This document shows positions 39,770-50,170 of a stretch of DNA of 64,000 bases, in pieces (within the stretch, counting starts at the first letter, position 1; each line of letters opens with the position of its first letter). Origin of the DNA: Promethearchaeota archaeon (lineage in GTDB: Archaea; Asgardarchaeota; Lokiarchaeia; Sigyniarchaeales; SOKP01). Below the pieces are notes generated by a model. It saw only the letters and a program-made list of their open reading frames with translations. It was not told the origin of the DNA and did not search any database. The position numbers and the translations under genes were made by a program. Location of the stretch: the NCBI GenBank assembly GCA_048940925.1, contig JBHLOC010000004.1, forward strand, positions 32,001 to 96,000. The letters run 5' to 3'.

Positions 39770-41053
39770 TTACGAGTGATTCTTTAAATAGTGAGCAATT
39801 TTAATGGCCATTCTTTCTTGTTTTTTCCAATCCCCAAACGCATTTCCTTTTGATATTAAATTTTTCATTGCTTTTTTATATGCGTCATTTAAAATTTTAA
39901 CAGGTTGTTTTGCAAAGGGGGTTTGTGGTAAGGGGATAAATGAATGAGCATGAATTCTTGCTCCCAATTCTGATAAATCTTTCATCATTTTAATTGTCAG
40001 TTCAATATCCTCTTCACTTTCACCAGGTAAGCCAAAAATAAAATCTACATTAACTTTAAGGTTTGAGTTTAGTATCAATTTAACCGCCTTATACACATCT
40101 TCTAAAGTATGATCTCTATGGCACAAATCCAATATCTTTTGACTACCAGATTGAGCACCTATTGTAATATTATCGTTATCAGCATATTTTAGAATTAAAT
40201 CTAAAGAATCTCGATTTACATGCTCAGGTCTTACTTCTGATGGAAAAGTACCAAAAAAAATTTTAGCTTTCAGACCAATCGTTTCTCTAATTTTAAATAA
40301 TAAATCCTCAAGCGTAGCTAAATTGACTTTTTTTCCATCTTTAGAACCATAAGCAAAAGCATTTGGAGTTACAAATCTAATATCTGTAAGATCACCATAA
40401 TAATTATACAAAATCTTTACATATTTTAAGATAGATTCTACACTTCTATGTCTTGGCATTGGTCCGGATATATAAGGTGTCTGACAAAAGTAACATACAT
40501 ATGGGCAACCTCTTGTTATTTCGATCGCTCCAAATCTAGTGTTTTTTATTGGAAAAGGAGGATATTCATCTAAGTTAATTGTGGTTCTTTTTCCTGTATA
40601 AATGTAATCATTTTCTTCGTTCAAATAAGCTATTCCTTTAATATTACCAAATTTAATATTAAGAAATAGATTCTTTACAAGATCTTTAATTGTTTCTTCT
40701 CCCTCGCCAACAACTACTACATCAAATCCCATTTTAAGAGTTCTTAATGGATCTCCAGTAGGATGAGGACCTCCAGCAACAAAAAAACATTTATCTCCAT
40801 ATTTAGATCTAAGTTCCCCTATTAAATCGTAAATATCAAATAGTTGGGTCGTAAAAAAAGATATCCCAACCAATACAATATCATGATCATCAATAATTTT
40901 TTTAAGATTTTGTATAAGATCATTTCTTTTTAGGATAAAATAGAATTCTATATCTTCAAAATATTCTCCATTCTCAAGAGCTGCAACTATCGCGTTCAAG
41001 CTATAAATATTTTCTTTTTTATAGTAAATGACAAAACCAATTTTCTTCTGCAT
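39770..41053 (-). CDS. B12-binding radical SAM protein (TIGR04013-like)
   Basis: AGGPHPTG; VVGEGE; EITRGCPYVCYFCQ (CxxxCxxC); FPSEVRPE; GAQSGS. Confidence 0.92.
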   Translation of the reverse strand: MQKKIGFVIYYKKENIYSLNAIVAALENGEYFEDIEFYFILKRNDLIQNLKKIIDDHDIVLVGISFFTTQLFDIYDLIGELRSKYGDKCFFVAGGPHPTGDPLRTLKMGFDVVVVGEGEETIKDLVKNLFLNIKFGNIKGIAYLNEENDYIYTGKRTTINLDEYPPFPIKNTRFGAIEITRGCPYVCYFCQTPYISGPMPRHRSVESILKYVKILYNYYGDLTDIRFVTPNAFAYGSKDGKKVNLATLEDLLFKIRETIGLKAKIFFGTFPSEVRPEHVNRDSLDLILKYADNDNITIGAQSGSQKILDLCHRDHTLEDVYKAVKLILNSNLKVNVDFIFGLPGESEEDIELTIKMMKDLSELGARIHAHSFIPLPQTPFAKQPVKILNDAYKKAMKNLISKGNAFGDWKKQERMAIKIAHYLKNHS

Positions 41054-41177
41054 AGCCTGACAAAAAATATAAGATTGTATTATTATCCAGATTATATATA
41101 ATTACATTACTTTCAAAAATTTGCTTATAATAATAAATAATATTAACAAGAACAAAATATCATAAAAGGAGATAGAT

Positions 41178-41642
41178 ATGTTGTTGAATGAATTAATCGC
41201 TACTGAAATTGATGAAGTGGGAATATCTTGGTTTGATTTTTATTCTATAGGACATATCTGTCTTGGTGTGGGTCTATTCTTGTTTTTCTCATTGTTTTAC
41301 ACTATTCCAAAGAAGAAAGGAGCTATACCTATTTTTTCATTGTTATTTGTTTTTATCCTTACATTAACATTCTCAATAATTTGGGAGATTCTTGAAAATA
41401 TATTATTTCTCAACTTAGGTTGGAAGTTTGAAGATCGAGCGGATAGTTGGCGAAATATTACCACTGATATATTATTATACGCTATTGGTGGATTGGGTAC
41501 GTGGTTTTTTGCATATTTAACTTTCGAAAAAGAGAAAAGTGCCTTTGCCTATTATACTTTTGGATTCATCGGATTTGGGCTATGGCTTGGCATATTTATT
41601 ATAGTTCGTTATTTTACTTTCCATAATTCTCCAGTTATTTAA
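41178..41642 (+). CDS. Membrane protein (D-x3-H / WE-x2-EN motif)
   Basis: FDFYSIGH; IIWEILEN; DSWRNITTD; four TMs. Confidence 0.75.
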   Translation: MLLNELIATEIDEVGISWFDFYSIGHICLGVGLFLFFSLFYTIPKKKGAIPIFSLLFVFILTLTFSIIWEILENILFLNLGWKFEDRADSWRNITTDILLYAIGGLGTWFFAYLTFEKEKSAFAYYTFGFIGFGLWLGIFIIVRYFTFHNSPVI

Positions 41643-41685
41643 CATTTTTTCATTACAAAAGCATAACCAATCAAATTGTAACATA

Positions 41686-42435
41686 ATGACTAAGTTAAAA
41701 GAATATATAGAGTTTAACCAAGGTAAACTCCCCTTAATTATATCTGTACCACATGGTGGAACTTTAATAGTTGATTCGATCCCTAAGAGATCTGACGGAG
41801 TCTTAGGAATAGATAAAGGAACAATTGAATTTGCGCTAGATTTAATTAATAAAATTGAAAATTTGAAATGTAAAACCTCCTCTTATATTATTTCAAATGT
41901 ACATCGAAGCAAAATCGATTTAAATAGAAGTGAAAACCAAGCATACAACCATAAATCTTTACTCGCTAGAGAAATCTATACATTTTACCATAATAAAATA
42001 AGAGATCTAATTTTGAATAATATAAGAATTCATACTTACTCCTTATTAATTGATATTCATGGATTTGAATCAGATAACCGTCCACCAGGATTTAGGGATG
42101 TTGATATAATTTTAGGTACAAATAATCTCGCATCATTTTTCTCTCATCCTATCCCTCTGAAAGATTGGGACAAAAATCTTCGAGGAGATATCGTAAAAAA
42201 GTTTATAAAATTAAATATACCGATTGCGCCAGGGCACCCAAGAAGAAAGGAATATGTCTTATCTGGAGGTTTTACAACAAAGCAATATGGTGCATCTCAA
42301 ATAAACAATTCTCAATCAATGCAAATAGAACTCTCAGACAGAATTCGAGTGATTAATAAAGAATTGAGAACTTTAGTATTGGATAATCTAGCTAAAGCTC
42401 TAATTGATTATATTGTGCAAAATGGAGATATTTAG
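41686..42435 (+). CDS. N-formylglutamate amidohydrolase family
   Basis: ISVPHGG; HRSKIDLNR; LIDIHG; DIILGT; SGGFTT; QIEL. Confidence 0.88.
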   Translation: MTKLKEYIEFNQGKLPLIISVPHGGTLIVDSIPKRSDGVLGIDKGTIEFALDLINKIENLKCKTSSYIISNVHRSKIDLNRSENQAYNHKSLLAREIYTFYHNKIRDLILNNIRIHTYSLLIDIHGFESDNRPPGFRDVDIILGTNNLASFFSHPIPLKDWDKNLRGDIVKKFIKLNIPIAPGHPRRKEYVLSGGFTTKQYGASQINNSQSMQIELSDRIRVINKELRTLVLDNLAKALIDYIVQNGDI

Positions 42436-42448
42436 AAAATTTGTATTT

Positions 42449-43078
42449 CTAATTATTAGAAGAAATAATTATCTTAACAATACGATTTATATATTTTCCT
42501 TTTTGTATCTTACAAACTCTCGCGACTTTTTTATAGTGAAATGATTCTGCTAATGTATCAAGATATGAAATATTATATAAAATTGAGATATTATCATCAT
42601 TTCTCATAAATAGTAAATCTAATTTATCTTGAATATTTCTCTCACTTATAGTAGTCTTATAGTTCACACGTTGCTTAATTTCTCTAAGAGTCCTTGCAAA
42701 GTTAAGATCTCTTATTGTTGAGATTATAGAGTTTAATACCATAGCATATAGAATAATTACATTAATATTTTCTGTTTCTTTTAAATTTTCTAATTTTAGT
42801 TGCAGATCCTGATAAATCTCTCTAATATAATTATCGTCTACTCCCTTAATTTTCTTAAAAAGATTTAAAAACTTGAAATATTTGCCTTCTATAAATAAAT
42901 CTAAATTTTCATTAAATAAATCCTTAAATCTTCTTATTATTTGCCCTGAATTGCTAATCTTTATTGAAACTTCAGGTGTTCTCCCTATAATAATATCACG
43001 GCCTTCTTTGTAAAACTGCTGGTTAATTAAATTATTAGTAGCATCGTATAATTGTTCTAACATCATTTTTCTTGACAA
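42449..43078 (-). CDS. Hypothetical protein
   Basis: 209-aa ORF. Confidence 0.7.
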   Translation of the reverse strand: MSRKMMLEQLYDATNNLINQQFYKEGRDIIIGRTPEVSIKISNSGQIIRRFKDLFNENLDLFIEGKYFKFLNLFKKIKGVDDNYIREIYQDLQLKLENLKETENINVIILYAMVLNSIISTIRDLNFARTLREIKQRVNYKTTISERNIQDKLDLLFMRNDDNISILYNISYLDTLAESFHYKKVARVCKIQKGKYINRIVKIIISSNN

Positions 43079-43469
43079 AATTATTAATATTAACTTTTAG
43101 TCGTTTATCTCTTACAAATTAATAAAAATTCACTGATTTAATTTTTTGCATTATCAAGAAAAAGTTAATAAAATTGGATAATAAGGCTCAATAATATAAG
43201 AGTATTATTTTATGAGGAAGAAATAATAGCTAAAATCGTTTTAAGAATTATATAAAATCCTTAAAGCTTATTATGTCATATTTCTTTATACTAAACCTCT
43301 TAAAAAAACAAAAAGTCGGTATTGCTACTTTTTCATTTGTTTTAAAACTTTACACCGTTAAAAAGAAATAAAACCTTTTTATAATATTAAGGTTTAATAC
43401 TTATTGCAATTTTATACATTTAATTAATCAATTAATTTTGAAAATATGGTATATAACTAAAAAAGAAGG

Positions 43470-43916
43470 TTGAAAATTAAAATGGTTGACGAATCATTAT
43501 TAAAGGAAATAAAATCAGCCCAAGATAAGGGAGCAGCAAGTGCATCAGTAGAAGATATGATGAAAGTTTTTGAATTCATCAAACAGATCTCAACTGAGAA
43601 TGAAGATCTAAAAGAAGAACTTGAGGATATGGATATAGCAATTCAAATGGTAATTTCGGATGCAGACAAGAAATTTTGGCTCACTGTGAAAGAGGGTGAT
43701 TTAGATTTTGGTGATGGAGATGTAGATAATCCTTCATTCACAATGTCTTCAAATTTAGAAGTCGGAGCTGGTATTCTAATGGGCGAAGTTGATGCAACAA
43801 GTGCATATATGGCAGGAGATATTACTGTTGAAGGAAATCTTCAAGATGCAATGGCGTTCCAGGAAATTATAGAATTAGCATTAGAAGCATATGAAGATTT
43901 AGTTGAAGATATGTAA
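43470..43916 (+). CDS. SCP2 sterol/lipid-binding domain protein
   Basis: ILMGEVDATSAYMAGDITVEGNLQDAMAF. Confidence 0.92.
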   Translation: MKIKMVDESLLKEIKSAQDKGAASASVEDMMKVFEFIKQISTENEDLKEELEDMDIAIQMVISDADKKFWLTVKEGDLDFGDGDVDNPSFTMSSNLEVGAGILMGEVDATSAYMAGDITVEGNLQDAMAFQEIIELALEAYEDLVEDM

Positions 43917-43989
43917 AAGATTCTCATTTAAATCAACCAATTCTATATAATCATTTCTTTTTTTTCTTTAAATTCTTAATAAATTCAAT

Positions 43990-45249
43990 TTAATTAATTT
44001 TATTCATAATTTCTAATTTAAATATTCTATCATTCTTCTTAACAGGATCATCCACTAAAATACCGACAGTTATTGTTTTATTTTTTGAAGCCTGTGGTGT
44101 TTCAGTTAGATTCTTTTTTTGTTTAATTTGAATTGAATGAATTTTTTGATGCACGTAGGTATCTGTATGAGTCCCAATAATAAATACTTCATCTCCCAGC
44201 TTTAATTTTCCTTTGGATAAAATAATTTTTGCTGCGGACTTTTCGGGGAAATAAGATATAACTTTCCCAATTTCAATTTTTCTAAAATCTGAAATATTTC
44301 CTTCCTGTTCTCTTTCAATTTCGTTACCTTTAGGTAATCCAAAATAAAATCCAGTAGAAAAACCGCGATTATAAACTTTTTTCAAACGTGGAATCCAATC
44401 TTGAACTTTTTCAATTGTAAATGTGTTGTCATAATATGCATCTATAGCTTCACGATAACATTTAGTAACTTCTTCAATATAAATAGGATCTCTCATCCTC
44501 CCTTCTATTTTAAAAGCATCAATATTTGCTTGAATTAATAGAGGAATATGTTCAATCATACATAGATCTTTTGTGTTTATAAAAAAAACGCCATCATAAA
44601 TGAATTCATTACTTTCATCGTCATAAACCTTCCATCTCCTCCTACATGGTTGGGTACACTTCCCTCGATTCGCTGAATAATCCTGTGACTCACAAATTTC
44701 CGCTGAAAAATAGCATCTGCCCGAGATAGAAGTGCATTGAGCTCCATGAATAAAGGTCTCAATTTCACATCTTTCTACTTTCTTTCTAATCTCTTTAATT
44801 TGTTCAAGTGATAATTCCCTTGCTAGAATTATTCTTTCTGCCCCTAAGTTTTCATAAAATTTTGCTGACAGGGCATTAGACACGCTAGCTTGAGTAGAAA
44901 TATGGAATTTTAAACCATTATTTTTTGCTAATTCTATTGCACCAATATCATGAATAATAACAGCATCAATTTCTGCTTCAGAAGCTTTATTTAATATTTT
45001 CTCAGTTAATTCAATTTCATTTTCGTAAATAATTATGTTGGTAGTTAAATACGCTTTCACATTATTTTCATGGCATATTGAAACAATTTTATTCAGATCC
45101 TCTAATTTAAAATTATCACTAAACATTCGCATATTTAGTGATTCAACACCAAAATAAACAGCATCAGCGTATTTTAAAGCAGCCTTTAAAGATTTAAAAT
45201 TCTTTAAAGGAGCCATTAATTCAACTTTGTTATCTGAATGATTACTCAT
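43990..45249 (-). CDS. U32 peptidase family (TrhP/RlhA-like Fe-S hydroxylation protein)
   Basis: ELMAP; ADAVYFG; HISTQAS; RIILARELSL; FIHGAQCTSISGRC; NRGKCTQPCR; FKIEGR. Confidence 0.93.
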   Translation of the reverse strand: MSNHSDNKVELMAPLKNFKSLKAALKYADAVYFGVESLNMRMFSDNFKLEDLNKIVSICHENNVKAYLTTNIIIYENEIELTEKILNKASEAEIDAVIIHDIGAIELAKNNGLKFHISTQASVSNALSAKFYENLGAERIILARELSLEQIKEIRKKVERCEIETFIHGAQCTSISGRCYFSAEICESQDYSANRGKCTQPCRRRWKVYDDESNEFIYDGVFFINTKDLCMIEHIPLLIQANIDAFKIEGRMRDPIYIEEVTKCYREAIDAYYDNTFTIEKVQDWIPRLKKVYNRGFSTGFYFGLPKGNEIEREQEGNISDFRKIEIGKVISYFPEKSAAKIILSKGKLKLGDEVFIIGTHTDTYVHQKIHSIQIKQKKNLTETPQASKNKTITVGILVDDPVKKNDRIFKLEIMNKIN

Positions 45250-45378
45250 GTTAAATTCAGATCTTAGGAATTTAAAATGTAAGTTAATACTATTAGTATA
45301 GCAGATACTAAAAATTTGATACTTTTTTTATATTAATAATAAGAAATTCAAGGAAAATGAGGAAATCTAAATTTATAA

Positions 45379-45486
45379 TGGCGCCCACAGCGGGATATTC
45401 CAAAACACGGAAAAGCCATATTTTTTTTGAACCCGCGTCGCAGGAGTGACAGTCCCGAATGCTAGACCGGGCTACACTATGTGGGC
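45379..45486 (-). tRNA. tRNA-Asp(GTC) with 30-nt T-loop intron (about 59/60; 45396-45425), CCA encoded
   Basis: GCCCACA/TGTGGGC acceptor; CGGGA-CT-GTC-AC-TCCTG anticodon arm; GCGGG-TTCAAA[intron]T-CCCGC; relaxed BHB. Confidence 0.9.
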
Positions 45487-45638
45487 TTTAGAAAAATAAG
45501 TACATAATCAAAGAAACAAAGGAAAATATAAAAATTTTTTTCTGAATAGAGTGTTAATACAGCTCATAGAAAGATTTATATTCTTTAAAGATGATGTAGA
45601 TAATAAGGAGTATTTAGGTATAATAATATCTTTTAAAG

Positions 45639-46094
45639 TTGAATATTACCCAAATTAATATGCTTGATTCTAAAAGTTTCAATTCGGTAATTAGCAATTT
45701 AGAAGATAAAGATCAAGAGTTTATTGCTAATTTGGATAAGATTATAAATTTGGGAATAGATACAGTTATGAATACAGAGGAACTCTTAGAAGAAATTACT
45801 GATTATGATTATATTTACCAGATTTTTATAACAGATATAAATTTTAATTTTTGGATAAAGGTTTCTAGGGGATCAATAACTTATAAAAAAGGAGTTAATA
45901 GAAATGCGTCTTTTCAGGTGAAATTTACAAAGGATATATTAATCAAGGTTCTTAAGCGAAAGATGTATGGAGCTGAGGCGTATATGAGAGGTATAATTAA
46001 AGTTGACGGGGATCTTACTCAGGGTTTAAGATTCATTAAACTGTTCAGATTAATTATAAAATATATAAATAACGGCTTTAAAAAAATAAAATAA
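45639..46094 (+). CDS. SCP2 sterol/lipid-binding domain protein
   Basis: FWIKVSRGSI; AEAYMRGIIKVDGDLTQGLRF. Confidence 0.88.
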   Translation: MNITQINMLDSKSFNSVISNLEDKDQEFIANLDKIINLGIDTVMNTEELLEEITDYDYIYQIFITDINFNFWIKVSRGSITYKKGVNRNASFQVKFTKDILIKVLKRKMYGAEAYMRGIIKVDGDLTQGLRFIKLFRLIIKYINNGFKKIK

Positions 46095-46208
46095 ACTAGT
46101 ACTGAAGCTTTAATTTAGCTTGAAATTAAAAATTTATTTAAATAAAATAGTTAAAATTTAATTTGCTTATTCTATTATAGTTATTATAATAATATCTCAC
46201 TTTTTATA

Positions 46209-46312
46209 GGGCCTGTAATCTAGTCTGGATTTTTATTTCCAATAAGGGAATAAACAGAAAGGGTACCCGGCTTCGGACTGGGATGTCGCAGGTTCGAATC
46301 CTGCCAGGCCCG
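46209..46312 (+). tRNA. tRNA-Arg(TCG) with ~31-nt D-loop intron (about 46230-46260)
   Basis: GGGCCTG/CAGGCCC acceptor; CCCGG-CT-TCG-GA-CTGGG; GCAGG-TTCGAAT-CCTGC; BHB helix TCTG/CAGA with GAT and AAG bulges. Confidence 0.9.
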
Positions 46313-46561
46313 TTATTTTTTATTCGAACATTTTATATATCATCAGATTAGTCTCCTTGACTAGGAATAAATAACAATGAATATTCGATTTATTTCATGC
46401 AAATGGAATACACTACAGTATTAAAGAGCATTTTTCATGGTTGTTTGTTATCAAAAAGAAACAATCGTTATCAAAAAGTATATTTAAATATTTGTTTTTT
46501 GATCAGTTTATTAACACAAATTAAAGATAAACACAAAAATCTCTTCAAGGTTATAGTAATA

Positions 46562-47020
46562 ATGGGGTTAGATACTGCAAATACAGATATTAATACTATT
46601 TCTAATCGAGTTGTCGATATTCCTCGAGCTAAAGGGTTAATTGGAATTTTAATTTTGAATAAAACAGGATCTTTATTTTACTCAAAAGTAAATAAAAAGA
46701 GAGTAAATATCATTAAAAATATTTTTCAAATAGCTGGATTTTTATCAGCAATGATGATTTATTCGAAAGATTTTATTGGAAGTAGAGAATTAGAATTAAA
46801 ATTAGAAGATGTTGATCTACATATTGATACTAAAAATGGCGTTATTTTTGCTTATTTAATTGAAAAAGAAAATCATACAGAGGATTCAAATAAATATATC
46901 CATATCATTTTTAACGATTTTTTAGAAAGGTATTATGATTCTCATATAAAAGACTTTAAGGGAGATTTAACACCCTTCTATAGTTTTGAAGAGGTTATTG
47001 ACCAGTATTTTGATATGTAG
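46562..47020 (+). CDS. Longin-like domain protein (probable start 46562 within ORF 46397-47020)
   Basis: GILILNKTGSLFYSK...IAGFLSAMMIYSKDF...FLERY...FKGDLTPFYSFEEVID, the Asgard longin pattern. Confidence 0.75.
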   Translation: MGLDTANTDINTISNRVVDIPRAKGLIGILILNKTGSLFYSKVNKKRVNIIKNIFQIAGFLSAMMIYSKDFIGSRELELKLEDVDLHIDTKNGVIFAYLIEKENHTEDSNKYIHIIFNDFLERYYDSHIKDFKGDLTPFYSFEEVIDQYFDM

Positions 47021-47070
47021 TTTATATTTAGATTAATTATAAATTATACTTATATTCTTAATCCCGGATT

Positions 47071-47490
47071 TTGAATAAAGAGAAAAATTTACACCATAAA
47101 TTCTTAAATAGAGTGATGTTTAATTATAACATAATGACTGCGACTTTAGAAGTTGACTTAGTCTTAGAAAATTTAATTAAAGAATTTGGAGATTCAGGGT
47201 TATATTTTGTATTAATTACCTCCGAAAACGGGGTTGTGATTAAATCATATATTAATCAGGAGTTCAATAAATCATCTATAGGATTAAATGTATCGCAGTT
47301 ATATGAGTTAGCTGAAGAAATTACCTCAGAAATAGGAGTTCATAAGCCTGATTTTACCTTAATCCATACGGATAATTTCTATGTTCTCTCGGTTAAGATT
47401 TTAGGGAAAATAATAATAGTTTTAATGGAAGATCAAGTCAATTTTTCATCTGTTTTTGGAATAATAAATAATTGTATAATTACAAATTGA
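47071..47490 (+). CDS. Roadblock/LC7-like domain protein (probable start 47133)
   Basis: LYFVLITSENGVVIKS...LYELAEEITSEIG...TLIHTDNFYVLSVKI. Confidence 0.75.
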   Translation: MNKEKNLHHKFLNRVMFNYNIMTATLEVDLVLENLIKEFGDSGLYFVLITSENGVVIKSYINQEFNKSSIGLNVSQLYELAEEITSEIGVHKPDFTLIHTDNFYVLSVKILGKIIIVLMEDQVNFSSVFGIINNCIITN

Positions 47491-47613
47491 TAATTTTAGG
47501 CTCATCCTTCCTTATTTGTATTTTTACTTAATCAATTAAAAATTGGACCCATGAAAACATTTAAATAGTGATTTTATATTCCAATTAAATATCACTTAAT
47601 ATGAGTAATTGAG

Positions 47614-48096
47614 ATGAAATATCAAAAAAATCAATATTCAAATAGCTTTTCTATTTGTACATTTATAATAGCTGGTGCATTTTTTTGGTGGGGTATATCA
47701 AGTTTTATACCATGGGATAGATGGTCATGGTGGGGATTCATATCAATAGGGATTGGTGCCGCGATCTTATCCAGTCAAATCGTTGCATTAGCTAATAGGA
47801 GTAAATTACGGAATGTTGTGTTGCAAGAGTTTCAAACAAATCCTGATGCTTCAATAGCGGATGTGAGTAGGAATACAGGAATTACAGAAAAAGACATCCA
47901 AGCAATTGTGTTAGATTTGAAAGCTTCTGGTCAACTGGTGGGTAAGTTTTCGACAAAAACAGGTCAAATTAAACACTTAACTATCCCAGAAGAATCTGTA
48001 AGTACCGAAGAGCGTGGTAAATATTGTTATAATTGTGGAACACCAATAAGTAAAGAATCTGCTCAATATTGTGCCTATTGTGGTGCCAAAATATAA
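47614..48096 (+). CDS. Membrane protein with wHTH and C-terminal double zinc ribbon
   Basis: Two TMs; SIADVSRNTGITEKDIQAIVLDL; YCYNCG...YCAYCG. Confidence 0.8.
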   Translation: MKYQKNQYSNSFSICTFIIAGAFFWWGISSFIPWDRWSWWGFISIGIGAAILSSQIVALANRSKLRNVVLQEFQTNPDASIADVSRNTGITEKDIQAIVLDLKASGQLVGKFSTKTGQIKHLTIPEESVSTEERGKYCYNCGTPISKESAQYCAYCGAKI

Positions 48097-48177
48097 CTTT
48101 TTTTTCTTTTTCTTTTTTCAATTTTAAAGTAAATTTAATTCAATTTAAAGAACTCTCAAAAAAAATTAAAAAGAAGT

Positions 48178-49146
48178 TTAAGGGGGGTATCTTAATTCGT
48201 AAATGCTCTTACCGCCATTAAGTGCTCCTTTAATATACTTTTCAACTTCATTGGGATCTCGTTGAGTAATTCCTTCAACTGGGGGAAGTTTTCCAGGAGG
48301 GAAAGTTTTTAATATGTCATTCACTAATTTTTCCAAATAATCTAACAAAGATTCTATACCCGGTAATCCCTTTTCTAAAGTTGCTTTACTTGGGCATCCA
48401 ACATTTCCTTCTGGATACGCAGCAACCTCTATTGGACCAAATCCAACCTGACCATACCATTTGATTGGTCTTTGGTATATATTTCCTGCTTTATCAACAT
48501 GTCCTTCTGGCATCCATCCAACAGGCTCATTATCACATGCATTTTCTAATTTTATCATTTCAGGAAATAACACCATTGAAAAGGAAGTTTCTGCCTCATC
48601 CGCATGAATGAAAGGTGTTTCAAATGGTCCTCCATGTTCCCTATCCATACACTGATTTGGAATAGCATGATACCAATTAACATTACACAGAACTGCAGGA
48701 AGTTGGTAATTTTTCGCCCACTCATGAATTGCTGAGGGAATTACATATTCTTGTCCATGTCCATTTAGTAGTATTTGCTTTCTGAAACCCATATTCCACA
48801 ATCCGGTAATAACTGCTCTTACCATGCCTTTAAAAATTTCTTCAGGAACGATTATTGAACCTGGCATTCCTAGATGATGATAAGGATGACTCCCATACCA
48901 AATAGGTTCTGCAATTGTGCACCCTGTTTTTTGAGCGATTAATTCTGCCATTCGTGTTACTAAAAAAGTGTCTTCTCCTATACATGCCGCCGATCCATGA
49001 TTCTCAGTAGAACCTATTGGGATTATAATTACATCATTCTTTTTTAGACGTTCATTAATCTCAAGGATTGACATAGTTTGAAGATATATTCCATTTGGTT
49101 TATCCATATGTCCTACATCTTTAGGGGGTAGATTCCATTTGCTCAT
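48178..49146 (-). CDS. iolN: Creatininase family; probable 3-dehydro-scyllo-inosose hydrolase
   Basis: IIPIGSTENHG; GEDTF; WYGSHPYHHLGMPG; LNGHGQ; HADEAETS; iol gene context. Confidence 0.85.
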   Translation of the reverse strand: MSKWNLPPKDVGHMDKPNGIYLQTMSILEINERLKKNDVIIIPIGSTENHGSAACIGEDTFLVTRMAELIAQKTGCTIAEPIWYGSHPYHHLGMPGSIIVPEEIFKGMVRAVITGLWNMGFRKQILLNGHGQEYVIPSAIHEWAKNYQLPAVLCNVNWYHAIPNQCMDREHGGPFETPFIHADEAETSFSMVLFPEMIKLENACDNEPVGWMPEGHVDKAGNIYQRPIKWYGQVGFGPIEVAAYPEGNVGCPSKATLEKGLPGIESLLDYLEKLVNDILKTFPPGKLPPVEGITQRDPNEVEKYIKGALNGGKSIYELRYPP

Positions 49147-49240
49147 TTTTTCATTCTAACCTCTAAAATTGAATTTTATTAATTATAAAAGGTGTTCATA
49201 TATGTTAAACTTTTTAATAATCCAAAATAATTAGAATTAT

Positions 49241-50053
49241 ATGAAATTGAGTATTGTATCTGCTCTTAATGAATCCAAGTGCAATCAAGAAGACGTATTG
49301 AAAAAGTTCACTTCTTTATGTGTTTTTTTAAAACCCTTAAATTATAATGGAATTGAATTAAGTTTAGTAGAGCCTGAAATAATTAACGCTAAAAAGATTG
49401 AAGAAATTCAAGAGTCTTATGAAATGGAAATCCCAGCGTTGGGAACAGGAAATACTTTTGTTCGTTTTGGTTATTCACTAGGTCACGCTGATGAAACTAT
49501 ACGGAGAAAAGCGATTGGGAGAATTGAAAAATATTTAGAATTTGCTGATAAAATTAGATCTAAAGTAATTATAGGATTAATTAGAGGACGATATAATTTT
49601 GAGAGTAGTCAGAAAAAAGAGAAGATGCATATCAAATCATCATTAAAAGAATGTTGTAGATTAGCAGAAAATTATGGTATTGAATTGCTTTTTGAACCTA
49701 TTAATCGATTTGAGATTGATTCATATAACACTATTTCAGAATCCTTAGAATTAATTGACGAGATAAATTCAGATAACTTAAAACTAGTAGTTGATTCTTA
49801 CCATATTTATCTAGAAGAAGATCCTGGATTTATATGGGAATATTTAGAAGAAATTGCGCATTATGTATCTCATATTCATTTAGCTGATTGTACACGTAGA
49901 GCTCCAGGTTCAGGACATTTTGATTTTAGATCATTTTTAAGTATTTTTAAAAATGCTGGGTATAATGGTTTTGCATCAATTGAAACTATTATGAAACCTT
50001 CATTTGAGGAAGTTGCTAAAGAATCGTCAGAATATCTTAGAATTATATTATAA
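49241..50053 (+). CDS. iolO: Xylose-isomerase-like TIM barrel; probable 5-keto-L-gluconate epimerase
   Basis: PALGTG; VIIGLIRG; FEPINRFE; DSYH; HIHLADCTRRAPGSGHFDF. Confidence 0.8.
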   Translation: MKLSIVSALNESKCNQEDVLKKFTSLCVFLKPLNYNGIELSLVEPEIINAKKIEEIQESYEMEIPALGTGNTFVRFGYSLGHADETIRRKAIGRIEKYLEFADKIRSKVIIGLIRGRYNFESSQKKEKMHIKSSLKECCRLAENYGIELLFEPINRFEIDSYNTISESLELIDEINSDNLKLVVDSYHIYLEEDPGFIWEYLEEIAHYVSHIHLADCTRRAPGSGHFDFRSFLSIFKNAGYNGFASIETIMKPSFEEVAKESSEYLRIIL

Positions 50054-50170
50054 TCTCAAAAATAACAAATACTTCCGAAATAAATTCTTAGCATTTATAA
50101 TTAGAATATAAAAAGAATAATAAGAAAAAAAACAAAAGAATAATTTTTGATAATTGTATCGAATCCTAGT

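Noticed and set aside
46397-46561. N-terminal 55 codons of the tracked ORF 46397-47020
   Set aside because: Looks like non-coding AT-rich leader; the longin-like domain fits a start at 46562.
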